From assembly GCA_039096225.1 (NCBI GenBank), contig JBBPEB010000033.1, positions 1,054,001-1,118,000 on the forward strand: DNA of 64,000 nt, read 5' to 3'. A program made the translations under genes and the position numbers. Shown in pieces: positions 62,467 to 64,000 of the stretch; positions within the stretch are counted from its first letter, which is position 1, and each line of letters opens with the position of its first letter. Origin of the DNA: Blastocystis sp. Blastoise. Its lineage: Eukaryota; Protista; Bigyra: Opalinata. The notes under the pieces were generated by a model that did no database searches, was not told the DNA's origin, and worked only from the letters and a program-made list of their open reading frames with translations.

Positions 62467-63412
62467 TTAGAAGAATGAAGGAATACCGCCTTGATTAGAG
62501 TTTTGGTTATTCATAGATTGTTGCATACCATAACCCATAGCAGCAGGTCTTTGTTGTTGTTGCATGCCATAACCCATATTCATATTCATACCCATACTAG
62601 TAGGTCTTTGTTGTTGTTGTTGCATACCATAACCCATATTCATATTCATAGATTGTTGAGGCATACCATATCCCATATTCATAGGTTGTTGTTGTTGCAT
62701 ACCATAACCCATATTCATATTCATGCCCATTTGTTGTTGTTGTTGAGGCATACCATAGCCCATATTCATATTCATTACATTACCACTAGGTTGAGGAGAC
62801 ATGGATTTAGGCATAGCACTGGTATTATAGAGATCCATAATAGAAGCAGCAGTAGGTTTAGCATTACCCTTTAAAGTAGTATTATCTTTATCCATAATAT
62901 TTTCTGACTTTCTACTAGCAGGACTAGGAGTATTCACAGATAAATCACCTAATAAATCCATAGGAGAAGTAGGTTGTTCTACAGGAGACATAGGAGACAT
63001 AGGAGAAGAAGGAGATGTAGGAACAGGAGACATATTAAAGAAATCTTCTTCATCACCATTAGATGATTTTGTAGAACGAAGAGACTTTGAAGATTTAGCT
63101 CTACCAGAAGAGGAAGATACTTCTATATATATATATTATAATTTATTTATTATTTAATAAAACAAATATTTAATTAATTAATTAATTTAAAAAATAATAA
63201 TAATAATAAATAATATAATAAATAATAATAAAAATAATATAATAAATAATAATAAATAATAATAAATAATAAATAAAAAAAAATAATAATAAATAATAAT
63301 AAATAATAATAAATAATAATAAATAATAATATAATAAATAAAACAAAAACTTCTATACATACTACTTTGAGATTTTCTAAGTTTAGCTTTAGGAACTTCT
63401 TCTTCAAAAGCA

Positions 63413-63444
<32 letters not shown>

Positions 63445-63997
63445 TACACTCTTTCTAGGAGATTTAGAAGCTTTAGGAGTAGCACTTCCATCAAGAGGCA
63501 TAGGACTCTTTTTAGTTTCAGCAGGAAGAGGTTCTTCACCAGGTCTACGAGCCCACTTCTTCATCTCATATTTAGCACGAATAAACTTCTCTAATTCACC
63601 CATAGTACTCTGTTCATTAGGACGAGGATAATCCTTAGGTAAATGATATTCCCAATAAGCATTAGCTCTCTTATTACCCCATTTTTGCATATTCTTTATA
63701 TGCTCAGGCTTCCAACTATCAAGGTTTGTTGATCTTACAAAAGAAATATGAACACCAAGATTTCTGTGTACACCAGAACAACGAATACAAATAAATGTAC
63801 CTAAAGTAGCTGAAGCCCATCGAGGACCTATAGATCACATATATTAACTCATTCTTATTATATTATTTTCTTAATTTATAGAAAAATAATAATTTCAATT
63901 ATTTACCCTTAGAACCACAATCAGCACAAACCTTATTGTAATCCTTCTTCATAAGACCATCAAGAATCTTCTTTTGCTGAGGAGTCAAATAACTCAT
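62467..63997 (-). CDS. ArfGAP (SMAP/AGD5-like) with M/Q/G/Y-rich C-terminus
   Basis: Zinc finger CADC...[34 protein letters not shown] and FIRAKYE; DLL motif; two introns. Confidence 0.92.
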
Positions 63998-64000
63998 TCC

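Overview
Extremely AT-rich, intron-dense eukaryotic (protist) genomic DNA using the standard genetic code. Gene content and occasional TGTTTGTT-like motifs downstream of stops suggest a low-GC Blastocystis-like stramenopile; this is inference, not proven. The window has two parts. Bases 1-30 kb are an accessory region with four paralogs of a BTB/POZ-like + LRR-like family (one a probable pseudogene), a BTB-TLDc gene and its pseudogene, and a GT23 fucosyltransferase-like gene. Bases 31.8-64 kb hold mostly conserved genes: PA200/Blm10, WRAP53/TCAB1, an MIT-like protein, Rpn3, RIC1, a WW protein, an ArfGAP, and two secreted Cys-rich proteins. Two observations stand out. (1) In the BTB-LRR family, about 90% of introns in the two copies scored are phase 1 and most fall after the LRR beta-strand, giving one-repeat cassette exons; only about 13% of PA200 introns are phase 1. 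(2) Many introns begin GTATAT and end ATATAG, so their ends are self-complementary, and some are pure GT(AT)nAG. A few junctions lack a canonical AG. Exon structures were traced by hand, so coordinates may be off by a few nt.
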